Notes: generated from the sequence alone by a model not told the origin. A stretch of DNA of 64,000 nucleotides from a virus (IMGVR_UViG_3300047359_000671:1-64000); one strand, 5' to 3'; counted from the stretch's first letter, positions 49,386-56,965 are shown. Translations and numbers: made by a program.

Positions 49386-50255
49386 ATGGCAAGAAGACAA
49401 AACTATCTTAATAATAAAGATATGTTAAAACAAATTCACATTTCAAAGGCAAACTATTCATGGTTTGTTGACCGAGAGATGCATCATCAACATGATATTA
49501 TCTTGTATAGTACAGACGAAATTTCAGAATCCGTCGAACAAGCAAGACAAAATCGTGCAGACAGATTGCAGAAACTGGCTTGGGATGCGAATGAAGATAA
49601 AAAGAAGAAACAAGTAGATTTTTTAGTAGACCCTACTTCTTTCTCAGAAGAACAAATAGTATTCAGAGTTATGACTTTCGAACATATTCCAGATGAGCCT
49701 GGAAGAAAGCAGAACCCAAAAACTATTGCAGACACTAAAGTTAAACTAAATTTCCCACCATTCAAACACTACACTTATGTAGATGGCGTTATTAAAGAAG
49801 TGGGATATTCGCATCACAACAGCGATAAAGAATTTGATTTAAGAACAGGTAAAATTACAGCGACATTGGCAAACATGTACATCAAACTAGTAGAACGTTA
49901 TTCACAACGTGCTAACTGGCGTGGTTACACATACATTGATGAAATGCGTGGACAAGCATTGTTACAATTGACACAGATTGGTCTTCAATTTAATGAAGAT
50001 AAATCAGATAACCCATTTGCATATTACACAGCCGCAGTAAACAATTCATTTACACGTGTTCTAAACATTGAAAAGAAAAATCAAGGTATCAGGGACGACT
50101 TGCTAGAAAAAGCAGGTCAGGCACCGAGTTGGACTAGACAATTAGAACATGAGATGAAATCACAAGAACGTTGGCAAAAAGTCATTAAGGCTAAGATTAC
50201 CGATGATGTGATACCTACTGAAACAATCAAAGAGATTTACGCTGATAATGACTAA
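49386..50255 (+). CDS. Late-transcription sigma factor (T4 gp55-like)
   Basis: NYLNNKD, Y..R.NWRGYTY.DEM, FN..KS.NPFAYYT....NSF.R....EKK. Directly precedes gp47. Confidence 0.92.
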   Translation: MARRQNYLNNKDMLKQIHISKANYSWFVDREMHHQHDIILYSTDEISESVEQARQNRADRLQKLAWDANEDKKKKQVDFLVDPTSFSEEQIVFRVMTFEHIPDEPGRKQNPKTIADTKVKLNFPPFKHYTYVDGVIKEVGYSHHNSDKEFDLRTGKITATLANMYIKLVERYSQRANWRGYTYIDEMRGQALLQLTQIGLQFNEDKSDNPFAYYTAAVNNSFTRVLNIEKKNQGIRDDLLEKAGQAPSWTRQLEHEMKSQERWQKVIKAKITDDVIPTETIKEIYADND

Positions 50256-51267
50256 TAATTTATTTAAAAGAGCGGCCTGTTTTACCGACATTCATTATGG
50301 AATGAGGAACAACGCAAAGCAACACAATGAAGATTGTGATGGGTTTGTAGAATGGTTTATCGATGAAGCAAAGAAGAAAGACTGTGATACATGTATCTTT
50401 CTTGGTGATTGGCATCACAATCGTGCTAGTCTTAATATTTCTACAATGAAATATAGTTTAGACGGTTTACGAAAACTAAGTGCCGCGTTTGAGAAAGTTT
50501 ATGTTATCTTAGGTAACCACGATTTATTTTACCGTGAAAGCCGTGATGTAAACTCTGTAGAATTTGTCGAAGAACTAGAGAACGTTGTTCTAGTCAGAGA
50601 CAAACTAGTTGAAGGTGACGTAGCCATTGTAAGTTGGTTAGTTGGCGAAGAATGGAAGAAAGTACCAAAGATTAAAACAAAATATATGTTTGGTCACTTC
50701 GAACTTCCTGCGTTCAAACTAAACGCAATGGTAGAAATGCCAGACCACGGTGGTCTTAAAGGCAACATGTTTGCTAACCAAGATTACGTATTCACCGGGC
50801 ATTTTCACAAACGTCAAGTCAGAGACAATGTGATTTATATGGGGAACGCCTTCCCTCATAACTTTTCAGATGCATGGGACGATGACCGAGGATGGATGTT
50901 CCTCGAATGGGACAAAGAACCAGAGTTCTTTGCTTGGCCTAATGCACCGAAATACAAGACTATTACATTGTCCACTTTATTAGATGAACCAGAGAAGTAT
51001 CTATTGCCTAAAACAAGCGCAAAGATTTCTTTAGACATCGATATCTCTTATGAAGAAGCAAACTTTATTAAAGATACTTTCGTAGAAACATACGACCTAC
51101 GTGATGTGACACTTGTACCTGTAAAAAATACAGAACACGAAACTGATACAGGTGTAGATTTACATTTTGAAACAATCGATGAAATTGTTGTATCACAGTT
51201 AGCATCATTAGATGATAATGGTAGTTTTGACCGAAACGTACTAATTGAGATTTATAATAGTCTCTAG
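50248..51267 (+). CDS. Recombination endonuclease subunit (gp47/Mre11/SbcD-like)
   Basis: TDIHYG, LGDWHH, GNHD, GHFE, GHFH metallophosphoesterase motifs. Confidence 0.95.
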   Translation: MTNNLFKRAACFTDIHYGMRNNAKQHNEDCDGFVEWFIDEAKKKDCDTCIFLGDWHHNRASLNISTMKYSLDGLRKLSAAFEKVYVILGNHDLFYRESRDVNSVEFVEELENVVLVRDKLVEGDVAIVSWLVGEEWKKVPKIKTKYMFGHFELPAFKLNAMVEMPDHGGLKGNMFANQDYVFTGHFHKRQVRDNVIYMGNAFPHNFSDAWDDDRGWMFLEWDKEPEFFAWPNAPKYKTITLSTLLDEPEKYLLPKTSAKISLDIDISYEEANFIKDTFVETYDLRDVTLVPVKNTEHETDTGVDLHFETIDEIVVSQLASLDDNGSFDRNVLIEIYNSL

Positions 51268-51271
51268 CAAT

Positions 51272-51886
51272 ATGAAAAAAATACTGATTACCGGAAACCG
51301 TAACTATGGACTTTGTCAGGCTATTTGTGACCTTTTTGATACTATGGATGATATGCGTTACGATACTGCTAGTCGTAGTACCAATTTTCATTTAGATAGA
51401 CATGATGAACAAGTTCGACTAGCCCAACATTTTATTGATGGAGATTATAATGTTTTCATCAACTGTTCTGCTATTTGGAAGTTTCATCAAGTTATGATAG
51501 CAGAAGAAGTATATAATAAGTGTAATGATAATAACAAAATTGCACATATTATTAATATTGGTTCAACCGCAGATACAGGTGTAAAAGGCAGAACATGGCG
51601 TTATCCTACAGAAAAGAAAGCATTAAAGGCATATAACAGAGACTTGACGTATATGACTATGGGTGGTTCAAATGTTAAAAGCACATTGATATCATTCGGT
51701 AGTTTGACTACTCCTAGTGTTATGAAAAAGCATCCAGATAGAGAGTTAATGGATGTAGAGTACGCCGCACAACTAATTTTGTGGTTGCTTTCTCAACCAG
51801 AATATGTTAATATAAATGAATTATCGGTAGACCCTATACAGATGGGTCATTTTGCCAGGGAGAGGAATAAGTTTGTTAAAGATTAA
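51272..51886 (+). CDS. Short-chain dehydrogenase/reductase family protein
   Basis: KILITG...G, VFINCSA, IINIGS, YPTEK (YxxxK), LLSQPEYVNINE. Confidence 0.8.
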   Translation: MKKILITGNRNYGLCQAICDLFDTMDDMRYDTASRSTNFHLDRHDEQVRLAQHFIDGDYNVFINCSAIWKFHQVMIAEEVYNKCNDNNKIAHIINIGSTADTGVKGRTWRYPTEKKALKAYNRDLTYMTMGGSNVKSTLISFGSLTTPSVMKKHPDRELMDVEYAAQLILWLLSQPEYVNINELSVDPIQMGHFARERNKFVKD

Positions 51887-53669
51887 GAATATAACAGTAC
51901 GAAATTTTATGAGTGTCGGTAATGTCACTCAAGCCGTAACATTAGAACAAGATAATCTAACACTTGTGCTAGGTAATAACTTAGATTTAGGTGGAGATGG
52001 TTCTCGTAATGGTACAGGTAAGACTACACTAATTAATGCATTGTCATATGGATTATACGGCAATGCTCTTACTAATATTCGTAAAGATAACTTAATTAAT
52101 AAAACAAATGGCAAAGGAATGCTTGTCACTATTGATTTCGAATACAATGGAAGTCAATACCGAATTGAACGTGGTCGTAGACCTAATGTCTTTAGATTCA
52201 TCAAAGACGGGATTGACTTAAATGATTCACATGATGCCGCTCAAGGCGAAATGCGTCAAACACAAACTGAACTTGTAGATATTATTGGTATCTCACATGC
52301 AATGTTTAAACATGTTGTGGCTCTAAACACATACACAGAACCGTTCTTATCATTACGTGCCGCAGACCAACGTGAATTAATTGAAGAACTTCTTGGTATC
52401 ACTGAACTTTCTAAGAAAGCAGAAAAACTTAAAGAAGCAATCAAAACAACTAAAGACCAAATCAAAGATGAAGAATACAATCTTAAGTCTGTAGAAGATG
52501 CAAACTCTCGTATTCTAAAATCTATTAAAGATATTGAACGCAGACAACGTATCTGGAATGAAAAACATGACACTGAACTTTCTGAACTTGAAACAGGTCT
52601 TGATGCGTTATCGCATGTAGACATTCAAACAGAAATTGCAAATCACCAAGCATTAATTACATACAACGAACAATCTACTAAATTAACCGAAGCAAAACGT
52701 TGGATTACAAGTATCGAAGCAGATGATGAGAAACAAGAAAGTCTAATTTCAAAATTAAAAAATGAAATTAAATTACTTGAAGACCATAAATGTCATGCGT
52801 GTGGACAAGAATTACACGATGGTAAACAAGAAAAAATTCTTACATCTAAGCAAGAAACTATGAGAGAAGCATCAATGCAAATCTTAAGCAACAGTTCTCA
52901 ATTAGCAGAACACTTAGAAGTAGTAAATGAAATTGGTGAACTTGGTGATAAACCTGCAACGTTCTATCAAAATCTTACAGATGCATACGAGCATCAAAAT
53001 TCCGTAAAAAGTTTAGAAGAACAGATAGAAAAGATTAAGAATACAGAAGACCCTTATGCAGAACAAATCGAAGATATGCGTAATGGTCATTTAGAAGAAT
53101 TAGATTACTCACACATGAATACACTGATTTCATTACGTGAACATCAGGAGTTTCTAATCAAACTATTAACGAATAAAGACAGTTTTATTCGTAAAAAGAT
53201 TATTGACCAAAACTTAAACTATCTAAATTCACGTTTAGATTTCTACTTAGAGAAGTTAGGATTACCACATGATGTTAAATTCTTAAGTGACTTAACAGTA
53301 GAAATAACAGAACTTGGTAGAGATTTAGACTTTGATAATTTATCACGTGGTGAACGCAATAGACTTATCTTAGGTTTAAGTTGGAGTTTTAGAGATATAT
53401 TTGAATCATTGTATAGTACAATTAATGTGTTATTTGTAGACGAATTGATTGACAGTGGTTTAGATACTAATGGTGTGGAAGCCGCATTAGCAGTTCTTAA
53501 GAAGATGGTACGTGAAAGAAATCGTAGCATATTCTTAGTTTCACACCGAGAAGAACTACAAGGACGTGTATCAAATGTTCTTAACGTAGTTAAAGAGAAT
53601 GGGTTTACTAACTTCTCACAAGAAGATGAACCAGTTGACCCTGGAATCGAGTTGGACACAATTATTTAA
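51873..53669 (+). CDS. Recombination ATPase subunit (gp46/Rad50/SbcC-like)
   Basis: NFMSVGN, NGTGKTT Walker A, CHAC zinc hook, LSRGE signature, LFVDE Walker B, VSH. Likely TTG start at 51873 after GAGG. Confidence 0.95.
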   Translation: MLKIKNITVRNFMSVGNVTQAVTLEQDNLTLVLGNNLDLGGDGSRNGTGKTTLINALSYGLYGNALTNIRKDNLINKTNGKGMLVTIDFEYNGSQYRIERGRRPNVFRFIKDGIDLNDSHDAAQGEMRQTQTELVDIIGISHAMFKHVVALNTYTEPFLSLRAADQRELIEELLGITELSKKAEKLKEAIKTTKDQIKDEEYNLKSVEDANSRILKSIKDIERRQRIWNEKHDTELSELETGLDALSHVDIQTEIANHQALITYNEQSTKLTEAKRWITSIEADDEKQESLISKLKNEIKLLEDHKCHACGQELHDGKQEKILTSKQETMREASMQILSNSSQLAEHLEVVNEIGELGDKPATFYQNLTDAYEHQNSVKSLEEQIEKIKNTEDPYAEQIEDMRNGHLEELDYSHMNTLISLREHQEFLIKLLTNKDSFIRKKIIDQNLNYLNSRLDFYLEKLGLPHDVKFLSDLTVEITELGRDLDFDNLSRGERNRLILGLSWSFRDIFESLYSTINVLFVDELIDSGLDTNGVEAALAVLKKMVRERNRSIFLVSHREELQGRVSNVLNVVKENGFTNFSQEDEPVDPGIELDTII

Positions 53670-53684
53670 AGGAGGTGAAAACCA

Positions 53685-53861
53685 ATGAGCATACACGAAC
53701 AAATTGTAGAACAATACGAAGCATACCTAAGCGAACACGAAGCGTGGGAAACAAAGGGTGTAAAGGCTGCGGCCGCTAGAGCAAGAAAGGCTTTAGGTGA
53801 AATTGGAAAACTTACGAAAGAAAGACGTAAAGAAATCCAAGAAAAGAAAAATAATATGTAA
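53685..53861 (+). CDS. Histone H1-like (Hc1-family) small basic protein, 58 aa (not in the ORF track)
   Basis: MSIHEQIVEQYEAYLSEHEAWETKGVKAAAARARKALGEIGKLTKERRKEIQEKKNNM, with a strong AAGGAGGTG RBS. Confidence 0.82.
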   Translation: MSIHEQIVEQYEAYLSEHEAWETKGVKAAAARARKALGEIGKLTKERRKEIQEKKNNM

Positions 53862-53879
53862 AAAATGTTCAAAAAGGTG

Positions 53880-53909
53880 TTGACAATTGTAATACTTTTG
53901 TGTTATAAT
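53880..53909 (+). promoter_or_regulatory. Consensus sigma70 promoter
   Basis: TTGACA-18 nt-TATAAT with extended TG and an A-rich upstream tract. Confidence 0.85.
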
Positions 53910-53914
53910 TAATA

Positions 53915-54032
53915 CATAATCAAAGACGCTAAGTGTCTCCTCTCAACCTCTCTCAACGAGGCGTCTAAGATTAGTTTCTCAACACAGAGAACAAAAAACT
54001 AAAAGCCCGGTTCTAGTAACTGGGCTTTTTTT
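53915..54032 (+). ncRNA. Candidate small RNA (~118 nt)
   Basis: Bounded by a promoter and a terminator and contains no ATG. AGACGC/GCGTCT stem; TCTCAAC occurs three times. Confidence 0.68.
54001..54032 (+). terminator. Rho-independent terminator
   Basis: AAAA-GCCCGGTT-CTAGT-AACTGGGC-TTTTTTT. Confidence 0.9.
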
Positions 54033-54035
54033 ATA

Positions 54036-54043
54036 CATAAATA
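54036..54043 (+). promoter_or_regulatory. Late promoter box CATAAATA
   Basis: Immediately after the terminator and upstream of the ORF at 54070. Confidence 0.65.
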
Positions 54044-54069
54044 CTATCAAGCAACGAAAGGAAATCACA

Positions 54070-54252
54070 GTGGCAAATCAACTATCAACAGAACGAATGG
54101 AAGAAATCGAAAGAGTTCGTAAACTAGCAGAAGACTTTAAGAAAAAGGGAGGCAAGATTACTGTCTGTGAAACCGGTGAAGTAACTGACCAAGGTAAGAT
54201 TAGTTACAAATTTAGACGACCTCGACCTAAAGTAAAGAATGAACTTAAGTAA
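54070..54252 (+). CDS. Small basic hypothetical protein
   Basis: AAGGA RBS, GTG start, F.KKGGKITVC motif. Confidence 0.7.
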   Translation: MANQLSTERMEEIERVRKLAEDFKKKGGKITVCETGEVTDQGKISYKFRRPRPKVKNELK

Positions 54253-54469
54253 ATTCCTAGAATGGTTCCAAATGATAACTGGTTGCACCGCGGCCGCCAT
54301 TGTCTCCTTAAATCTAGGAGACGAATGGGTATTTTGGGCAATGGTGTTGTTTGTAATCAAAGATAGTATGATGGGCATTTTTGCATACATCAATAAGTAT
54401 CCTGGCATAATTATGAGTAGTGCTATCTATGTTCCCATAGATTTAATTGGTGTCATACGTTGGTATTAG
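54239..54469 (+). CDS. Small three-helix membrane protein
   Basis: Three hydrophobic segments; ends DLIGVIRWY. Confidence 0.7.
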   Translation: MNLSKFLEWFQMITGCTAAAIVSLNLGDEWVFWAMVLFVIKDSMMGIFAYINKYPGIIMSSAIYVPIDLIGVIRWY

Positions 54470-54505
54470 TTAGATAACATCGTTGTTTGCTTTTGGCATG
54501 TATAC

Positions 54506-54513
54506 CATAAATA
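54506..54513 (+). promoter_or_regulatory. Late promoter box CATAAATA
   Basis: Lies 5 nt before the ATG at 54519. Confidence 0.62.
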
Positions 54514-54518
54514 CATGT

Positions 54519-54725
54519 ATGAAGATATACTTAATCATTACTTTCGTTCTCATTAGTGGTTCAGAACAAATTATGCCACAGTTCCCACCAAAAGAGGTTA
54601 CAACTATGGAGATTTGTGAACGTAAAAAAGCGGCAGCGGAAGAATACTTTACATATCAATTAGAGAATAAACCAGTTAAGTCTATAGCAGGATTTAACGT
54701 ACAGTGCCAGGAAATAGAATCATAA
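54519..54725 (+). CDS. Small secreted or membrane-anchored protein with two Cys
   Basis: MKIYLIITFVLISG hydrophobic N-terminus; MEICE and VQCQE. Confidence 0.65.
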   Translation: MKIYLIITFVLISGSEQIMPQFPPKEVTTMEICERKKAAAEEYFTYQLENKPVKSIAGFNVQCQEIES

Positions 54726-55157
54726 TTTTTTACTAATGCTTTCTAAGTATTCAGTTAATATTTTAGAACTTCCTACTCTAACATTAATAATCCCGTTGTA
54801 ATATTCATCGGTTTCTAACACTCGTCGGTCAAACTGTTCTTTTGCTTCGACATAACTCAAAGCACCACGACTCGGACAGTAGTGTAGAATTTCACGCATA
54901 AACTTGTTGGGACCTAATTTTTTTACATCAGCAATTAAATGTTCAGAAGAACCCCAATAGTCTCGCCAATCACTCTCTTTAAACCCACGTCTTTTGTTTT
55001 TTCTTCCTTTAAGAGGTGGTTTCGTTGTTTTAAATCTTGCTAACTTCTTACCCACATACTTTCGGTTGTTTTCAAGATTCGTAATTAAATACACAAATCC
55101 CTCAACATCTTCGGGTAATTCATTTACCACTTCTCCGTTATATTTCCAATCGCTCAT
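54720..55157 (-). CDS. GIY-YIG endonuclease (T4 endonuclease II/DenA-like)
   Basis: GFVYLITN...RKYVGKK, ESDWRDYWGSS, F.REIL, E..EQF, YYNG.I. Confidence 0.88.
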   Translation of the reverse strand: MSDWKYNGEVVNELPEDVEGFVYLITNLENNRKYVGKKLARFKTTKPPLKGRKNKRRGFKESDWRDYWGSSEHLIADVKKLGPNKFMREILHYCPSRGALSYVEAKEQFDRRVLETDEYYNGIINVRVGSSKILTEYLESISKKL

Positions 55158-55179
55158 AGTATTCCATTTGTTTTATTCT

Positions 55180-55760
55180 AAAAGGTCTAAAGACCTAATT
55201 CCTTCATAAATTTCATTCGCTTTCGCTCAATCAATTTATTCGGTATTTCTTTTATATCTATAATATACTTATATATTCTATTATTATGGTATTATAATAT
55301 TATCTTTTATACTTGTTCCGTTTAGAAGCCATAATTGCCCTGTTGCCAGGACAATAAAAAAATGGCGGAAACTTGTTCCTTGCTCATCAGCCTCTGTGTC
55401 TAAGTTAGCCTCCAGCAAAGGCGAGGTCGGTTGGCGATTCCCTCATCACTTAGTATTGCGTCTTTCGACCCAACGGCACACTATTCAACTCACACAGTTC
55501 AACTTGAATAATGCAACTAGATTGCCTAGTTCGGTTTGTACAAATGTACGGTATTCTCTGGTCATCCTAATATCCTTTAGAGATATGGATGTTTTATATT
55601 ATAAACAGTCTTTTGTGGTTTACGAGAAGAATGTAGGAGTTCATCCCTACTAGTCTGAACGTATGTAGAATATACGCCCTCAATCCCGGAACGGCAACCC
55701 GCTCAACAGTCCCACTATATCGATTATATTAGTTTTCATATTAGTCCCCATTGTTGAGCC
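55180..55760 (-). ncRNA. Candidate large structured non-coding RNA (boundaries approximate)
   Basis: About 12 consecutive hairpins in the longest intergenic gap of the window. The GNRA loops and G-U pairs read correctly only on the minus strand. Confidence 0.65.
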
Positions 55761-55809
55761 ATATTAGTTATAAAAAGATGTATTAGTTTTATATTAGTTT
55801 TATATTAGT
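55726..55809. repeat. Six ATATTAGT-type direct repeats (iteron-like)
   Basis: ATATTAGT at 55726, 55738, 55761, 55791 and 55802; GTATTAGT at 55780. Confidence 0.85.
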
Positions 55810-55813
55810 ATTG

Positions 55814-56035
55814 TTAGATTATAGGCGTCCCAGCCTGTTTGCTCATTTCGAAATTCTCATTGACAATTTCGTTTAGATAGTCTATGTGACCTGCGGGCAT
55901 TTCGTGTATTTCACTAATGCTAACCCCACCTCTCATATACCAACTTAACTTTAACATATTCTTATGTAGTTTGTCAAGTCTTTTTTGATATTTTTCTTGT
56001 TTTTCTGCAATTTCTTCTGGGCTGGCGTTAACCAA
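55814..56035 (-). CDS. Baseplate hub/tail assembly chaperone C-terminal module (gp51-like), probably made by -1 frameshift
   Basis: KLSWYMRGGVS..E...M motif. TTG start with no clear RBS; in the -1 frame of the upstream ORF. Confidence 0.7.
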   Translation of the reverse strand: MVNASPEEIAEKQEKYQKRLDKLHKNMLKLSWYMRGGVSISEIHEMPAGHIDYLNEIVNENFEMSKQAGTPII

Positions 56036-56040
56036 CCAGC

Positions 56041-56871
56041 CTAAGAAAAATTTACAGGATTAATCTCAAGCGTTATTTCGTCTTTATGTCCACAATCAGC
56101 ACATGTAAATTCAAACTTTGATAAATCGTCAGGCTTTTTGCTTAACTCTTTTACTTTACTTTGAATTGTCTTTACAATAGGTGCAGGGATATCATTTAGA
56201 AATTGTCTAATTTCTTCTTCATCAACCACATCACCTTCTGGTGTTTCTATTCTAGCAATAGACGTTGTAACTAAATCAATATTCTGAATTGCAACTTTTC
56301 TAAAGCCGTCTGAAAAAGTCTTGGCTAAAGTTAGTTCGTCTTCTTCTTCATTTACTGATTTACGAACACTTTCAAGTATTCGTCTTTGTTCAACTTCCAT
56401 TAATGCTAAACGTGTTATGCTTTCAATTTTTGCTGGTTGAACGTGAATTTTTAAATCATCGAATTCAATCGGTTCAACTTCTGAGATATCAGGGAATTTA
56501 TCTAATAGATAGTTGATATCTATATTATAATCTCCCTGCGCTTTACACTCTGAACAGGTGTGAGTATGTGTAATATCTTTTCCGTATGTTGCATATTTGA
56601 TAGCAAGAAACAACGCTTCCACATCAATGTTACACAATTGTCTTGCGTCTTCGATAGATGGAACACAACTTTGAATAAGATTGATTAAAGCCTCACCATT
56701 TAGTAATGCATCTGGGTTCTCTAATGAAATCTCATCCACTGCCGTCATGGGCAAAATACCGATTTCATCTAATATCGTTTTATCTATTTCCGGGTTAAAC
56801 TTCCCACCAGTTGGTATTTGCACATACAACTGTGGTTTACGGAAATATTTTGATAATAAGTTTTTGCTCAT
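56041..56871 (-). CDS. Baseplate hub assembly protein/tail chaperone (T4 gp26-like)
   Basis: L.KYFRKP.LY..IPTGG, PMTA.DEI....PDALLNG, two CxxC pairs (CSEC, CADC), ends ..PVNFS. Confidence 0.82.
   Translation of the reverse strand: MSKNLLSKYFRKPQLYVQIPTGGKFNPEIDKTILDEIGILPMTAVDEISLENPDALLNGEALINLIQSCVPSIEDARQLCNIDVEALFLAIKYATYGKDITHTHTCSECKAQGDYNIDINYLLDKFPDISEVEPIEFDDLKIHVQPAKIESITRLALMEVEQRRILESVRKSVNEEEDELTLAKTFSDGFRKVAIQNIDLVTTSIARIETPEGDVVDEEEIRQFLNDIPAPIVKTIQSKVKELSKKPDDLSKFEFTCADCGHKDEITLEINPVNFS
56047..56053 (-). other. -1 ribosomal frameshift slippery heptamer A AAU UUU
   Basis: GTA-AAT-TTT-TCT-TAG in the zero frame. The -1 frame continues TTC-TTA-GGC-TGG-TTG into the ORF ending at 55814. 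Confidence 0.72.
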
Positions 56872-56885
56872 ATATTTCTTCCTTT

Positions 56886-56893
56886 GATAAATA
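56886..56893 (+). promoter_or_regulatory. Late promoter box GATAAATA (tape measure)
   Basis: Intergenic, upstream of the ATG at 57000. Confidence 0.65.
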
Positions 56894-56937
56894 CACTATG
56901 ATAGTAAATAATTAAGTATATACTTATTCACCACTAG

Positions 56938-56965
56938 TATTTACTCTATTATAAACTACGAAGTT
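56938..56965 (-). promoter_or_regulatory. Bipartite late promoter: AACTTCGTAGTT-N9-GTAAATA
   Basis: Plus strand reads TATTTAC at 56938-56944 and AACTACGAAGTT at 56954-56965. Confidence 0.75.

Noticed and set aside
53666-53872. 68-aa minus-strand ORF
   Set aside because: It is the antisense shadow of the Hc1-like plus-strand gene, which has a strong RBS.
55355-55395. Hammerhead ribozyme (CUGAUGA on the minus strand at 55384-55390)
   Set aside because: The following stem is followed by CAUU, not the required GAAA, and I could not build stems I and III.
55396-55653. 85-aa plus-strand ORF
   Set aside because: No RBS or protein-like motif; it lies antisense to the hairpin-rich RNA candidate.
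54720-55760. Group I intron carrying a GIY-YIG homing endonuclease
   Set aside because: No interrupted host gene flanks it and I found no convincing P/Q/R/S core. The nuclease is the short EndoII-like type without a DNA-binding tail.
55726-55809. CRISPR array
   Set aside because: The repeats are only 8 bp with 3-15 bp gaps, and no cas genes are present.
56041-56043. TAG read-through or alternative genetic code
   Set aside because: Zero-frame read-through gives a short unrecognisable tail, whereas the -1 frame gives the conserved-looking module. TAG and TGA act as normal stops elsewhere and the long genes are uninterrupted.
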